A stretch of DNA of 64,000 nucleotides, taken from the NCBI GenBank assembly GCA_030427445.1, contig JAUIBQ010000002.1:101-64100 (forward strand). The letters are read 5' to 3'. The position numbers and the translations under genes were made by a program. Below are positions 10,395 through 19,532 of this stretch, in pieces. The notes beneath the pieces were generated by a model. That model did no database searches, had not been told where the DNA came from, and was given only the letters and a program-made list of their open reading frames with translations. This DNA comes from a bacterium. GTDB taxonomy: Bacteria; Patescibacteriota; Saccharimonadia; Saccharimonadales; SZUA-47. Every line of letters begins with the position of its first letter. The stretch's first letter is position 1.

Positions 10395-10835
10395 ATGGCA
10401 GAAAAAATAAACATCCCCGAAGCATACAAACTTGTAAACAAAGAAGATATGACCGCAGAAGAAGTATTAGAAGTACGTAAAAGTACTGGCTGGGGGAACG
10501 GCGGACCAGAAGAAGATGAAACAGCTTGGCTGGAAAATCTAGAAACTTCATTCGTAGCAGTTGGGGCAAGATCAGAAGTCACTGGTGAATTGGTGGGCAT
10601 GGGGTTCATTGTCGGAAATAAAAGACACGGAGTTCTTTGTGATTTTAATGTAAGACCTGAACATCAGGGGAAAGGCATAGGTACGGCAATCTTAGAAGAG
10701 AGGTTGCGAATTGCAGATGAAATAGGGATTCCCTACCTGTATACAAGTCTTGCTGAGACAAACCCTCTCAGGCATAAATATGAAGAACTAGGATTTGTAG
10801 CTACAAACAGCTCGTTCATTAGAACTACTGATTAA
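10395..10835 (+). CDS. GNAT acetyltransferase
   Basis: V.PEHQGKGIG acetyl-CoA motif; YEELGF. Confidence 0.8.
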   Translation: MAEKINIPEAYKLVNKEDMTAEEVLEVRKSTGWGNGGPEEDETAWLENLETSFVAVGARSEVTGELVGMGFIVGNKRHGVLCDFNVRPEHQGKGIGTAILEERLRIADEIGIPYLYTSLAETNPLRHKYEELGFVATNSSFIRTTD

Positions 10836-10839
10836 ATTT

Positions 10840-12498
10840 TTACATCTGTTCAGGGGCGTGGATGCCAAGAAGGCCTAAACCTTTTTTCAGTGTCTTGTTA
10901 TACGAAAGAACGAGTTGTACACGAGCTTTCTGCTCTTCTCCACCGACCAACACCTTTTCCTTTTCATAAAACCGATTAAACTCTTGCGCTAGTTCATAAA
11001 GGTACGTACAGATTTTATTCGGTTGCAGCTCTTTCACGGCCTGCTCAAACACCGACTGGAACTGGCCTAGTTTACGTGCCAATAAACGCTCATTGTCGTT
11101 AAACTCATACCCCGCTAGGCTACTTGGCGTGCCTTCAGTACTGCGCAATATTGATGCTGAGCGTGCGTACGCATACTGTAGATACGGCCCAGAATTCCCT
11201 TTAGTGCTCACTGAACTCTCGATATCAAACGCGATATCGCCACCCACGGCATATTTATTAAACTCATACTTGATTGCGCCGAGTGCAATCTCCCGCACGA
11301 GCTCACTGTCACCTTCTGTAATTTGCGCTGTCACCGCATCGACAACATCGATTGCTCGCGCGACATTACCAAGTCGTGAGGACATCTTGCTACCATCGGC
11401 AAATTTTACGATTCCATGTACTAGATGAGTCATTTTGTCTCTCATACCAGGTCGTAATTCGTCCATTGCAGCCCATACGACTTTCATATAATCACGCTGA
11501 TCAGAGCCAGTCATAAGGACGCGGTGATCAAAGCTGTATGCCTCATTTTCGAGCAAAATCACTCCCAAGTCTTTTGCTTCGTATGTCGGCAATCCTTCGC
11601 GTGTCATAAATACACGAGTATGTAGATCAACTTTTTCGCCCTCGTAAACCACTGCACCATCAGACTCAGTAAATACTCCTTGACTCAAGCCTTCCTCTAC
11701 AACTGCTACTCCAGTTTCCTCAGTCGTGCTTTCAGGGTAATATACGTCAAAAGGCGCGACGTCGATGAGCTCGTAGAAATACTTAAAGTACTCCGTACCC
11801 CACTCACGGCATGCAAAGTACACACGAGCTTCATCAGAATCCGTATCTTCACCTTTATTAAATCCATAGATTCTCTTGTTTAGTGCTCTAATATCATCTT
11901 TTGCTGTATCATCATCTTCATACGCTTTACTGCCTGCAACGTAATGACTCGTGATAAACTCCGCTTTTTTCTGTGGATTTTGCTCTTCTGTAGCACTGTT
12001 GTAGCCATCTGTGTCCTGGAGGATTGACCACATTGCTTTGGCTACATGTAGCCCTACATCACCACCAAATGACGCACGAGTGACGCTTGCTCCTGCGGCT
12101 TGTAGCATCCGCGATAGTGAGTCACCAACGACCGTCTGATACAAGTGTCCTGTGTGAAGTTCCTTAAACCAGTTTGGGCATGAGTACTCGACAACATATG
12201 TCTTTCCTTCAAGCGGTTTAGTAAGCTCTAAGCTCATGTCACTCACAAGCTGCTCGTCGGTTAACGTGATGTTGATAAACCCTGGCCCTGCGATGTCGAC
12301 GTGCTTTACGGCGTCGACACTATTTAGTTGTTCACAAATAACCTCAGCGACTTCTCGAGGATTTTTCTGGAGTCTTCCAGCAAGCTGCATCGCGACATTT
12401 GTACTCACATCACCAAACTGCGGCTCAGGGACTTCAGTCATCACCTCAACCTCAACATCAAAAAATCTTTTAACTATTTCTTTAATTTCTTTATCCAT
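10840..12498 (-). CDS. argS: arginine--tRNA ligase
   Basis: FGDVSTN, AGPGFIN, VEYSCPN..KELHTGH, KMSSRLG, GNSGPYLQYAYAR. Confidence 0.95.
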   Translation of the reverse strand: MDKEIKEIVKRFFDVEVEVMTEVPEPQFGDVSTNVAMQLAGRLQKNPREVAEVICEQLNSVDAVKHVDIAGPGFINITLTDEQLVSDMSLELTKPLEGKTYVVEYSCPNWFKELHTGHLYQTVVGDSLSRMLQAAGASVTRASFGGDVGLHVAKAMWSILQDTDGYNSATEEQNPQKKAEFITSHYVAGSKAYEDDDTAKDDIRALNKRIYGFNKGEDTDSDEARVYFACREWGTEYFKYFYELIDVAPFDVYYPESTTEETGVAVVEEGLSQGVFTESDGAVVYEGEKVDLHTRVFMTREGLPTYEAKDLGVILLENEAYSFDHRVLMTGSDQRDYMKVVWAAMDELRPGMRDKMTHLVHGIVKFADGSKMSSRLGNVARAIDVVDAVTAQITEGDSELVREIALGAIKYEFNKYAVGGDIAFDIESSVSTKGNSGPYLQYAYARSASILRSTEGTPSSLAGYEFNDNERLLARKLGQFQSVFEQAVKELQPNKICTYLYELAQEFNRFYEKEKVLVGGEEQKARVQLVLSYNKTLKKGLGLLGIHAPEQM

Positions 12499-13765
12499 CT
12501 AGGCCCCTATTATACGTCATAGCCTTACTGTGAGCAGTTTTTTGAGCAAGAGTATGAAACTCCGTAAACCCAGCTGCTGCATTTTGGTTAAATATATTTT
12601 CTTTATTAAATGTGGCAGCTTCTTTGTCAAACAATGTAAACTCTGATTCTATAGACACTATCGTGACACTACCCTTATGTAACTTAACTGTCACTAAACC
12701 GTTAACCTTTTTATTTTGATTTTCTATGTATGAGTTTAAGTTACCAACGATTGGGTCATACCACTGCGCAGCATATGTTAGATACGCCCATTTATTGTCG
12801 ACGATCAACTTAAACTCGTTTTCTTGCCTTGTGCTTACTATCATTTCTAGTTTTTTATGTGCTGAAATTAATATAGTCGCTGCCGGGTTCTCGTAGATAC
12901 CTCTAACTTTCATGCCTATTAGTCTATCTTCTATAAGCTGAGCGACACCAACACCGTGCGAAGAACCGACTGCATTCAGCTCGTCAATCATAGTGCTTAG
13001 TTTATATTTTTTACCACCGAGGGAAACTGGCACCCCTTCATGAAAACCAATTGTTATATAGTGCGGCTTCTCAGGCGTGTCTTCAAGCTGAGAACTCCAC
13101 AATAGTACATTTTTCAAGTTGACTGTCTGAGTTGGATCTTCAATCTCACCTCCTTCACATGTATTTCCCCATAGGTTTTCATCATAGCTATATGGCGATT
13201 CTACGGTCTGCTTTACAGGGATGTCGTGGTCTATAGCATATTGAATCTCTTCATCACGCCCCATAGACCACTCTCTAACTGGCGCGATAATTTTTAGGTT
13301 CGAATCGAGCGTTGTTATATAACTTTCAAAACGAACTTGGTCATTGCCTTTGCCAGTCGCTCCGTGTGCGATGACACCACAACCAAGTTCATTTGCTACA
13401 TCCACTGCAATCTCACTAATCATGATTCTTCCTAGTGGTGTACTCAGTGCATAACCTCCTTGATAATCTGCATTTGCTTTTATAGCTTTACCCAGTAGCT
13501 TATCAGCAAAATCATCTTTAGCATCAACGACAATAGCCTTTTTAGCACCCAGCTTTAGGGCTTTTTGTTTTATAGCATTAATATCGTCAAAACTTTGCCC
13601 TAAGTCTACTGTCAAGGTGATGACATGGCATTGATATTCTTCCTTAATCCACTTGATCATTACACTCGTATCAAGCCCACCTGAATAGAGCAAAAGACAT
13701 GTGTCAAACTCTCCTTTTTTTGCTTCATACGAAGCTACTTTTAGATACTTTGATTTACTTTTCAT
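12491..13765 (-). CDS. argG: argininosuccinate synthase
   Basis: YSGGLDTS, AHGATGKGNDQVRFE, YSYDENLWG, R.IYENPA. Confidence 0.95.
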   Translation of the reverse strand: MKSKSKYLKVASYEAKKGEFDTCLLLYSGGLDTSVMIKWIKEEYQCHVITLTVDLGQSFDDINAIKQKALKLGAKKAIVVDAKDDFADKLLGKAIKANADYQGGYALSTPLGRIMISEIAVDVANELGCGVIAHGATGKGNDQVRFESYITTLDSNLKIIAPVREWSMGRDEEIQYAIDHDIPVKQTVESPYSYDENLWGNTCEGGEIEDPTQTVNLKNVLLWSSQLEDTPEKPHYITIGFHEGVPVSLGGKKYKLSTMIDELNAVGSSHGVGVAQLIEDRLIGMKVRGIYENPAATILISAHKKLEMIVSTRQENEFKLIVDNKWAYLTYAAQWYDPIVGNLNSYIENQNKKVNGLVTVKLHKGSVTIVSIESEFTLFDKEAATFNKENIFNQNAAAGFTEFHTLAQKTAHSKAMTYNRGLDG

Positions 13766-14955
13766 AGTTGTTCCTTAATTGTTTGCTTAATTTGTATATA
13801 TGCATCTCTAAACGTGGCTCCTTCGCTAACTAGATCATTTACGTTACCGGTAGCGTAGAGGTTTGGAGACATGGCGTTTTTCATATTCGGTTTATTTATT
13901 TTTAGGTTTTTTACTGTCTTGTCCCACATTTTAATCGTGGCAAGAACAATCTCACACGCTTCCACGAATGGTTTTTTAGTCAACTGCAAGTCTCTCTGAT
14001 ATCCAGAAGTTCGCTTAGCGATTATTCCATTAATCTGGGTACTATATCCCCAAAATATGCTTTGATTACCCCGCATAATTTCGTACACATCGTAATTTCG
14101 CTTCTGTGGCATGATCGATGATCCTGTCGTAAACTCGTCAGGCAACGATACGAATTCAAATTCTTCCATTGTAAAAAGTAAGTTATCGCTAGCCCATTGA
14201 GAGGCAAGTACCATGTACGGATACAGTTGCGAAAGCACCATAGACTCATACAATCCTCTGCTCATTGAGCAATGCATTGGATTCTTCTGAACACGTTTAA
14301 AACCAAGAACCTTTGATGTATGTTTCTGGTCTGGCTTTATTTTCTGTCCTACGAAGCCGTATCCTGCACCCGAGCCGAGTGGGTTCTGGTCTAAGACAGC
14401 TTCTACATTCGAAGAAAGTCTTATGTCTACTAATGCATCTGCAAACGATTCTATCCAGGTATCGACAGTAGTTGGCATGGCTTTCTGCATATGAGTGTAA
14501 CCAGGCATGTGCGTGCCCCTATGCCTACTACTTACTGTACTCAAGCTCTTTTGAAGTATTTGAACTTGGGTATCAATCTCTTTGAGTATATCAATCGCAA
14601 ATAGACGCAACATCACAAGTGCTTGATCGTTTCTACTTCTCAGAAAATGTACTTTTTTACCTGGATCTCCACATATTTTAATAAGCTCTGCTTCGATATA
14701 ACTGTGCCCATCCTCGTATTTGTTTGGTATGGCAAAACCCTGCTTTGAACATCGTAACTTCAAAATTTTTATAGCGTTTTGTACTAGGCTGTGTTCCTCG
14801 ATATCAAGGATACCAACAGAATGCAACATACTCACATGAGCACTAGTTGCCATCAAATCGTAATTCATGAGCTTTGCGTCAATTTGTAAATCTTGCCCTA
14901 TTGTGTACTCGTTGACATGCGAATCAACTTCATAGTCTCCCCAAATTTTCTTCAT
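13762..14955 (-). CDS. argH: argininosuccinate lyase
   Basis: RSRNDQ, MPGYTHMQKAMP, PLGSGAGYG, TGSSIMPQKRNYD, SGYQRDLQ. Confidence 0.93.
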   Translation of the reverse strand: MKKIWGDYEVDSHVNEYTIGQDLQIDAKLMNYDLMATSAHVSMLHSVGILDIEEHSLVQNAIKILKLRCSKQGFAIPNKYEDGHSYIEAELIKICGDPGKKVHFLRSRNDQALVMLRLFAIDILKEIDTQVQILQKSLSTVSSRHRGTHMPGYTHMQKAMPTTVDTWIESFADALVDIRLSSNVEAVLDQNPLGSGAGYGFVGQKIKPDQKHTSKVLGFKRVQKNPMHCSMSRGLYESMVLSQLYPYMVLASQWASDNLLFTMEEFEFVSLPDEFTTGSSIMPQKRNYDVYEIMRGNQSIFWGYSTQINGIIAKRTSGYQRDLQLTKKPFVEACEIVLATIKMWDKTVKNLKINKPNMKNAMSPNLYATGNVNDLVSEGATFRDAYIQIKQTIKEQL

Positions 14956-14971
14956 ATTATTCTTCCAAATT

Positions 14972-14996
14972 AAAAACGCTCCCGTGTCTGGGAGCG
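14972..14996 (-). terminator. attenuator terminator upstream of argH
   Basis: Minus strand CGCTCCC-AGACAC-GGGAGCG-TTTTT, 16 bp before the argH ATG. Confidence 0.8.
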
Positions 14997-15022
14997 ATGT
15001 AAGAACGTCTATTTTTATTTAA

Positions 15023-15091
15023 TTAAATACGAGCATCACTCCCGGAGATACGTGAGCTACGACGTGAAAGAAAAGTAAATTGCTTTTTCAT
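15023..15091 (-). CDS. putative arginine attenuator leader peptide MKKQFTFLSRRSSRISGSDARI
   Basis: 22-aa ORF with four CGT Arg codons. Its GGGAGTGATG segment is complementary to the 5' arm of the downstream terminator. Confidence 0.7.
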   Translation of the reverse strand: MKKQFTFLSRRSSRISGSDARI

Positions 15092-15098
15092 AAGTTTT

Positions 15099-15127
15099 AT
15101 TAAATCACTTCTATAATAATACGTCAA
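15099..15127 (-). promoter_or_regulatory. candidate promoter of the arg leader
   Basis: Minus strand TTGACG-17 bp-TTTAAT, ending 7 nt before the leader ATG (possibly leaderless). Confidence 0.5.
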
Positions 15128-15799
15128 TTAAAATAATCGCGAGCGCGAACCAGATGAAACAGCTGGAAGAACCTGAGAGCGAAACTCTTCGATTGACTCT
15201 TCGATGCTTTGCTGAGAACCGGCAGTCGTATCGTAAATAACGAACGGATGATACACAGCTAATCCGCACATCGCGAATGTCGAATGCAGCAAAGAATACA
15301 AATGTTGTTCCACGCTTGCATGATGTTGACCCTGGGGCGAGTAGAAGCTCTCTGGATCACCAGTTGAAGTGACACAGAGGATTGATTTGCCTTTAAGTAA
15401 CCCTTCTTGGTACCGAGCACGGCTGTCCCATGCGACACCCATCGCAAATGTCCGGTCGATCCAGCCCTTAAGTACAGCCGGCACACTTCCCCACCACAGT
15501 GGAAAATGCAAAATTATGACGTCCGACGCCTGAACTTTCTCAATCTCTTTTTCAATGTCTGGACTAAAGCCGCCAGGTGTATTTGATGCACGCTGTTGTT
15601 CAAGCATGTAGTTTACATGGCTCGTTGCGCGAGTTGAGAAATCTGTGGCAGTTGCCGTCGGATGGAACTCTGTAGCAAACAAATCACTCAGCATAACCTC
15701 TGACCCTTCTTCACGCTGCAGCACACCCAACGTTGTATTAAACAACGCTGCCGTCAAAGACTTCGGGTCGTCGTGAGCAGAGACTACAAGATACTTCAT
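15128..15799 (-). CDS. NAD(P)H-dependent oxidoreductase (flavodoxin-like, KefF/MdaB family)
   Basis: SAHDDPKSLT, DI..E.EKV..SD.IILHFPLWW.SVPAVLKGWIDR. Confidence 0.85.
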   Translation of the reverse strand: MKYLVVSAHDDPKSLTAALFNTTLGVLQREEGSEVMLSDLFATEFHPTATATDFSTRATSHVNYMLEQQRASNTPGGFSPDIEKEIEKVQASDVIILHFPLWWGSVPAVLKGWIDRTFAMGVAWDSRARYQEGLLKGKSILCVTSTGDPESFYSPQGQHHASVEQHLYSLLHSTFAMCGLAVYHPFVIYDTTAGSQQSIEESIEEFRSQVLPAVSSGSRSRLF

Positions 15800-15820
15800 A
15801 TGCTTATATTCTACATCGTT

Positions 15821-16276
15821 TTACTGGTGATGGTAAGGGTGACCCTGCAAAATTGCTTGTGAACGATAGAGCTGTTCAGCTAAAACAATCCTCACGATTT
15901 TATGAGGAAACACTAAGCCTGAGAGTGACAGCACCTTATCAGCACGCGCCTGGACTCGCTCATCAACTCCGTATGCCCCACCTATGACAAGCACTACGTC
16001 TTGGTTGGTTGACTCTGGGCTCAGCATCTCAGCTAACTGCATATTGTTTACAGATTTCCCTCGCTCATCCAGTAACACGACAAATTCGTTATCAGAAATG
16101 TACTCAAGTAATTTACTTGATTCGTCTTGCTTCGCTTTTTGTACATCGCCGGGCTGATGCGGAACGAATTTCCACTCCAATATCCACGGCTTTTGGATTC
16201 GTTTTGCGTATTCATCAATTAGCTCAAGCTCAGCGCCACGGGGTTTTTTACCGACAGATAAAATCGTAATTTTCAT
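15821..16276 (-). CDS. rlmH: 23S rRNA pseudouridine-1915 N3-methyltransferase
   Basis: LDERGK, IGGAYG, LSLS.L.FPH..VR.VL.EQLYRS..I..GHPYH. Confidence 0.92.
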   Translation of the reverse strand: MKITILSVGKKPRGAELELIDEYAKRIQKPWILEWKFVPHQPGDVQKAKQDESSKLLEYISDNEFVVLLDERGKSVNNMQLAEMLSPESTNQDVVLVIGGAYGVDERVQARADKVLSLSGLVFPHKIVRIVLAEQLYRSQAILQGHPYHHQ

Positions 16277-16339
16277 GCTGACATTAAAGCATTTTTACAG
16301 CTCGATAGCTATAAACTATATCTGTTAGACGTTGTAAAA

Positions 16340-16366
16340 TTAGCACTCTACCATAACGCTTGCTAA
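16340..16366. promoter_or_regulatory. CIRCE-like HrcA operator
   Basis: TTAGCACTC-N9-GCTTGCTAA, two mismatches to TTAGCACTC-N9-GAGTGCTAA. Confidence 0.6.
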
Positions 16367-16480
16367 TTTATCTAACCTGCGTTATAGTGTTACGTGCTCG
16401 CTTGACATTAAGTCTGAAGAATCAAAGAGTGGCGAGCCAACAACATTCAATTTGTACAACTAATCGGAGGGAATCAATTT

Positions 16481-16921
16481 ATGTATTCAGCTGCAGTTAA
16501 TGCACACATCCGTGAACTAATCGTTCAGGCGATGGAGTATCGAGATCAAGGCCAGTGGACAAAGCTTGAACAGCTTTTCACTGAGTCACCTTATATTGAT
16601 GAGGAAATGTTCAACAACGAAAAACCAGGTAAAAAACCAGCAACAAATGTCACCTATGGATGGCGACGTTTGATACGTGATTTTTACTACTCAGCGAAGC
16701 ATACGCTCGGACGTATGGACGTCGAACGAACTGGTAAAAAAGAGGTTCAGGCTGAGAGTGAGATCGAAGCTCGTTACTACTCAATGAAAGATGGCCAGCG
16801 CCAAGTTCACACCATGAAAGGTGTGTATGAGTATCAGTTCCGAAAAGTAGCTGGACGATGGAAAATCGACAGTCTTAAGCTCAAGGTACTAGACCAAACC
16901 ACTGCTCCAGTCGGGGCCTAA
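16481..16921 (+). CDS. SnoaL/NTF2-like fold protein
   Basis: D..QW..L..LFT; H.L....V; G.YEY.FRK..G.WKI pattern; GGAGG RBS. Confidence 0.65.
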   Translation: MYSAAVNAHIRELIVQAMEYRDQGQWTKLEQLFTESPYIDEEMFNNEKPGKKPATNVTYGWRRLIRDFYYSAKHTLGRMDVERTGKKEVQAESEIEARYYSMKDGQRQVHTMKGVYEYQFRKVAGRWKIDSLKLKVLDQTTAPVGA

Positions 16922-16933
16922 AACACGAAAACG

Positions 16934-17575
16934 TTACGCCAAATACGTTTCGATCGTGTTTCGTAGTTCGGGCACCGAGCTGACTACTGCGTCAGCCGGT
17001 GTTCTTTCGAATGCTTCATTGCCACCCAATCCCCAAGTGACGCCTACCACGGTGACACCTGCTTTTCTGCATGCACTTACATCACGTGATTCATCACCTA
17101 CGTATAAGATGTCTCTTGCTTCAAGATTGTGTTGTTTCTCAATCTTTTTAAACGCTTTATGTTTCGCAAACAGTGATCGCTCAGACACGATAAAGTTTAG
17201 TCCTGCTACCTGATGTTCGCTCAGTATTTTTTCAACGACTGTGCTGTCGTTTGACGTCAGAATACCAACTTGATAGCCGCTATCCACAAGTTGCTGCAAC
17301 ATCGAGGCGATACCAGGATAAAGCACGACTTTGCGACGCCGCTTTTTTAGCTCTTTTGTACCCGCCCTTATGATTAACGGCAGCATAAACTTTCTAATAT
17401 TTGCTCGCTTGAATAGCTGTGAGTATGTCATCTTCCTTAGCTCCGGGAGGTCCGTGACATCCACAGGGTTCATGCGGTAGCGTGGCGCTATCGCATTATA
17501 GCTCTCTATCAGAACTGCTAGCGAGTCTGCAAGTGTCCCGTCAAAATCAAAGATAACTGCTTTTTTCTTCTGCAT
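16934..17575 (-). CDS. HAD family hydrolase (phosphoglycolate phosphatase-like)
   Basis: FDFDGTLADS, LTSN, YVGDESRD, GVTWG. Confidence 0.85.
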   Translation of the reverse strand: MQKKKAVIFDFDGTLADSLAVLIESYNAIAPRYRMNPVDVTDLPELRKMTYSQLFKRANIRKFMLPLIIRAGTKELKKRRRKVVLYPGIASMLQQLVDSGYQVGILTSNDSTVVEKILSEHQVAGLNFIVSERSLFAKHKAFKKIEKQHNLEARDILYVGDESRDVSACRKAGVTVVGVTWGLGGNEAFERTPADAVVSSVPELRNTIETYLA

Positions 17576-18148
17576 CTACACTTCATTGTACCTGAAACAG
17601 TCAGTCGTATGGTCATTCACTAAGCCCGTCGCCTGCATGTGCGCGTACATGATAGTGCTACCAACAAAGCTCATCCCTCGCTTTTTGAGGTCTTTTGATA
17701 ATGCATCTGACTCAGGAGTGGTAACAGGTACGTCACTTAACGAATTCCAACTATTTCTTAATGGCTTACCACCGACAAACGACCAGATATACTCGCAAAA
17801 CGAACCAAATTCTTCCTGTATCTCGATAAACGCTCGTGCATTTTTTACTGCAGCATGCACCTTCAGCTTGTTGCGTATAATTCCTGGGTATAGTAGTGCT
17901 TGTTCGATATCTTCCTCTGTCATCGCTGCGACCTTCTCAACATCAAAATCATGAAATACCTCACGGTAGCCTTCCCTACGCTTGAGGATAGTTATCCAGC
18001 TTAATCCAGCCTGTGCGGACTCCAGTGTCAAGAACTCAAACATTTTTCGGTCATCAAAATCCGGAGGTCGACCTACTGGCACGCCCCACTCTTCATCGTG
18101 GTATGCGATGTATACCGGGTCATCGCTCACCCACCCACATCTACGCAT
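17576..18148 (-). CDS. tag: DNA-3-methyladenine glycosylase I
   Basis: RCGW, YHDEEWG, LESAQAGLSW, IIRNKLK, FVGST, GLVNDH..DC. Confidence 0.93.
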   Translation of the reverse strand: MRRCGWVSDDPVYIAYHDEEWGVPVGRPPDFDDRKMFEFLTLESAQAGLSWITILKRREGYREVFHDFDVEKVAAMTEEDIEQALLYPGIIRNKLKVHAAVKNARAFIEIQEEFGSFCEYIWSFVGGKPLRNSWNSLSDVPVTTPESDALSKDLKKRGMSFVGSTIMYAHMQATGLVNDHTTDCFRYNEV

Positions 18149-18710
18149 CTATCCCCCATTTGCTTAAAAACCGAGAGAGTTCTTTAGGACTACGAACTAT
18201 GACGGTTTTGTCCAACACTCCGTATCTTTCTAGTTTTTTTCGTGCGTGATTCCGCCCAGACTTGAAGTAAACCTTAAGGTTTGCATAAAGCAAAGATTTT
18301 GACGGACGGAAGAAAAAATTAACCAAACTTTCTTGATTATCATTAAAGATTTTTTCTTTTAGAAAAACTCTTCTAAACGTACGCCTCAGCATTCTTGAGA
18401 AAGCTACTCTGATAGGGTAATTCAGATAAATTATCACATCTGCTGCTCTGACCGTCATGCCGTCAAGTTTGGTAATATATGCTCCGCAAAGTATCCAAGA
18501 GTCTTGTTTTATAGTCTCGGCCACCTCTGCAGAAAACGTTTCTGTGTCTTTAATCTCCCAATTCTTGCCTATGTATATTGAATCCATTTCATAATGAGTA
18601 ATTCCAAGTTCATCGGATAGTTTTCTTGCCAATGTCGTTTTCCCACTGCCTGAAAGACCAACTATTTGTATCTTATTAAAACTGCTCAAATCCTCAGGAG
18701 TTTTCATCAT
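18141..18710 (-). CDS. adenylate kinase-related P-loop protein
   Basis: IVGLSGSGKTTLA; WI..G.Y; AD.IIYL. Confidence 0.7.
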   Translation of the reverse strand: MMKTPEDLSSFNKIQIVGLSGSGKTTLARKLSDELGITHYEMDSIYIGKNWEIKDTETFSAEVAETIKQDSWILCGAYITKLDGMTVRAADVIIYLNYPIRVAFSRMLRRTFRRVFLKEKIFNDNQESLVNFFFRPSKSLLYANLKVYFKSGRNHARKKLERYGVLDKTVIVRSPKELSRFLSKWGIDA

Positions 18711-18979
18711 AGCAAGGTTATCATTCGACTTTTACGGTCGTGTTTGATGGCATTTCTTGCCTCAAGATCTAATTTCAAACTCATCGTGTACCACCCGATT
18801 TTACCATCAAACTCTGATTCAAGCCTACTCATGTGCTCGAATAAATCTGTAGGAGTTAACGGCTGATGGTCTTTGATGATTTTAAGCACTTTTTCTCTGA
18901 TAAACTCGTACTTATCCTTATCAATATTTACACCCTTTTTCGTCGGGTCGGGATGAAGCGTTTGAACCTTTTCACTCAT
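18707..18979 (-). CDS. small hypothetical protein (winged-helix-like)
   Basis: HPDP.KKG.NI.KDKY...F.G.IGWY...KLDLEAR; overlaps both neighbours as in an operon. Confidence 0.65.
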   Translation of the reverse strand: MSEKVQTLHPDPTKKGVNIDKDKYEFIREKVLKIIKDHQPLTPTDLFEHMSRLESEFDGKIGWYTMSLKLDLEARNAIKHDRKSRMITLL

Positions 18980-19419
18980 TTCTTATCTTTTGCTCCTACG
19001 AGTCCAGGATTTTTTGCAGCGGCCTTCAGTACTTCTTTGACAACGTCGATGTTAAGATCTTCAAGTTTCTTAAAACGAATACAGCTCTTCCCGACGCTTA
19101 CTTTCCCTAAATCTTTCTCGTAGACTTCAGCGATGTATTTGTCGCCGTGCTCTGGATGGATAGCGCAGACATACAAACTCACATAGTTTTTCTGGCTTGC
19201 TAGTGCGATAATTGGCCATTCATTTTCCTGTTTCTTGTAATCGATGTACTTGAACTTTCCATAGCCAAGCATGTTATACGCAAACCACCGCTCCATATAT
19301 GGCACGGTATCTTTAATCAACTTGTCTAAAACTTCTATAATCTCACGTCGCTCTTCATTGAGCATGGCGATGTATTCTTGCTCATCTTTTGCACCAACTG
19401 GCTTGAACATATTCATCAC
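18976..19419 (-). CDS. DUF1801/YdhG-like protein
   Basis: MLGYG, LASQKNYVSLY, LGK..VGKSCIRFKK. Confidence 0.75.
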   Translation of the reverse strand: MMNMFKPVGAKDEQEYIAMLNEERREIIEVLDKLIKDTVPYMERWFAYNMLGYGKFKYIDYKKQENEWPIIALASQKNYVSLYVCAIHPEHGDKYIAEVYEKDLGKVSVGKSCIRFKKLEDLNIDVVKEVLKAAAKNPGLVGAKDKK

Positions 19420-19532
19420 GTTACAACTTTTCTAAGGCTTATTTTTATAAAAACAATGCTTTCTTTTATATCATCTACGCACAATTTCAAGCGACAAATC
19501 ATGTTAGAAGCTGTAACGGGATTCATTTATGA

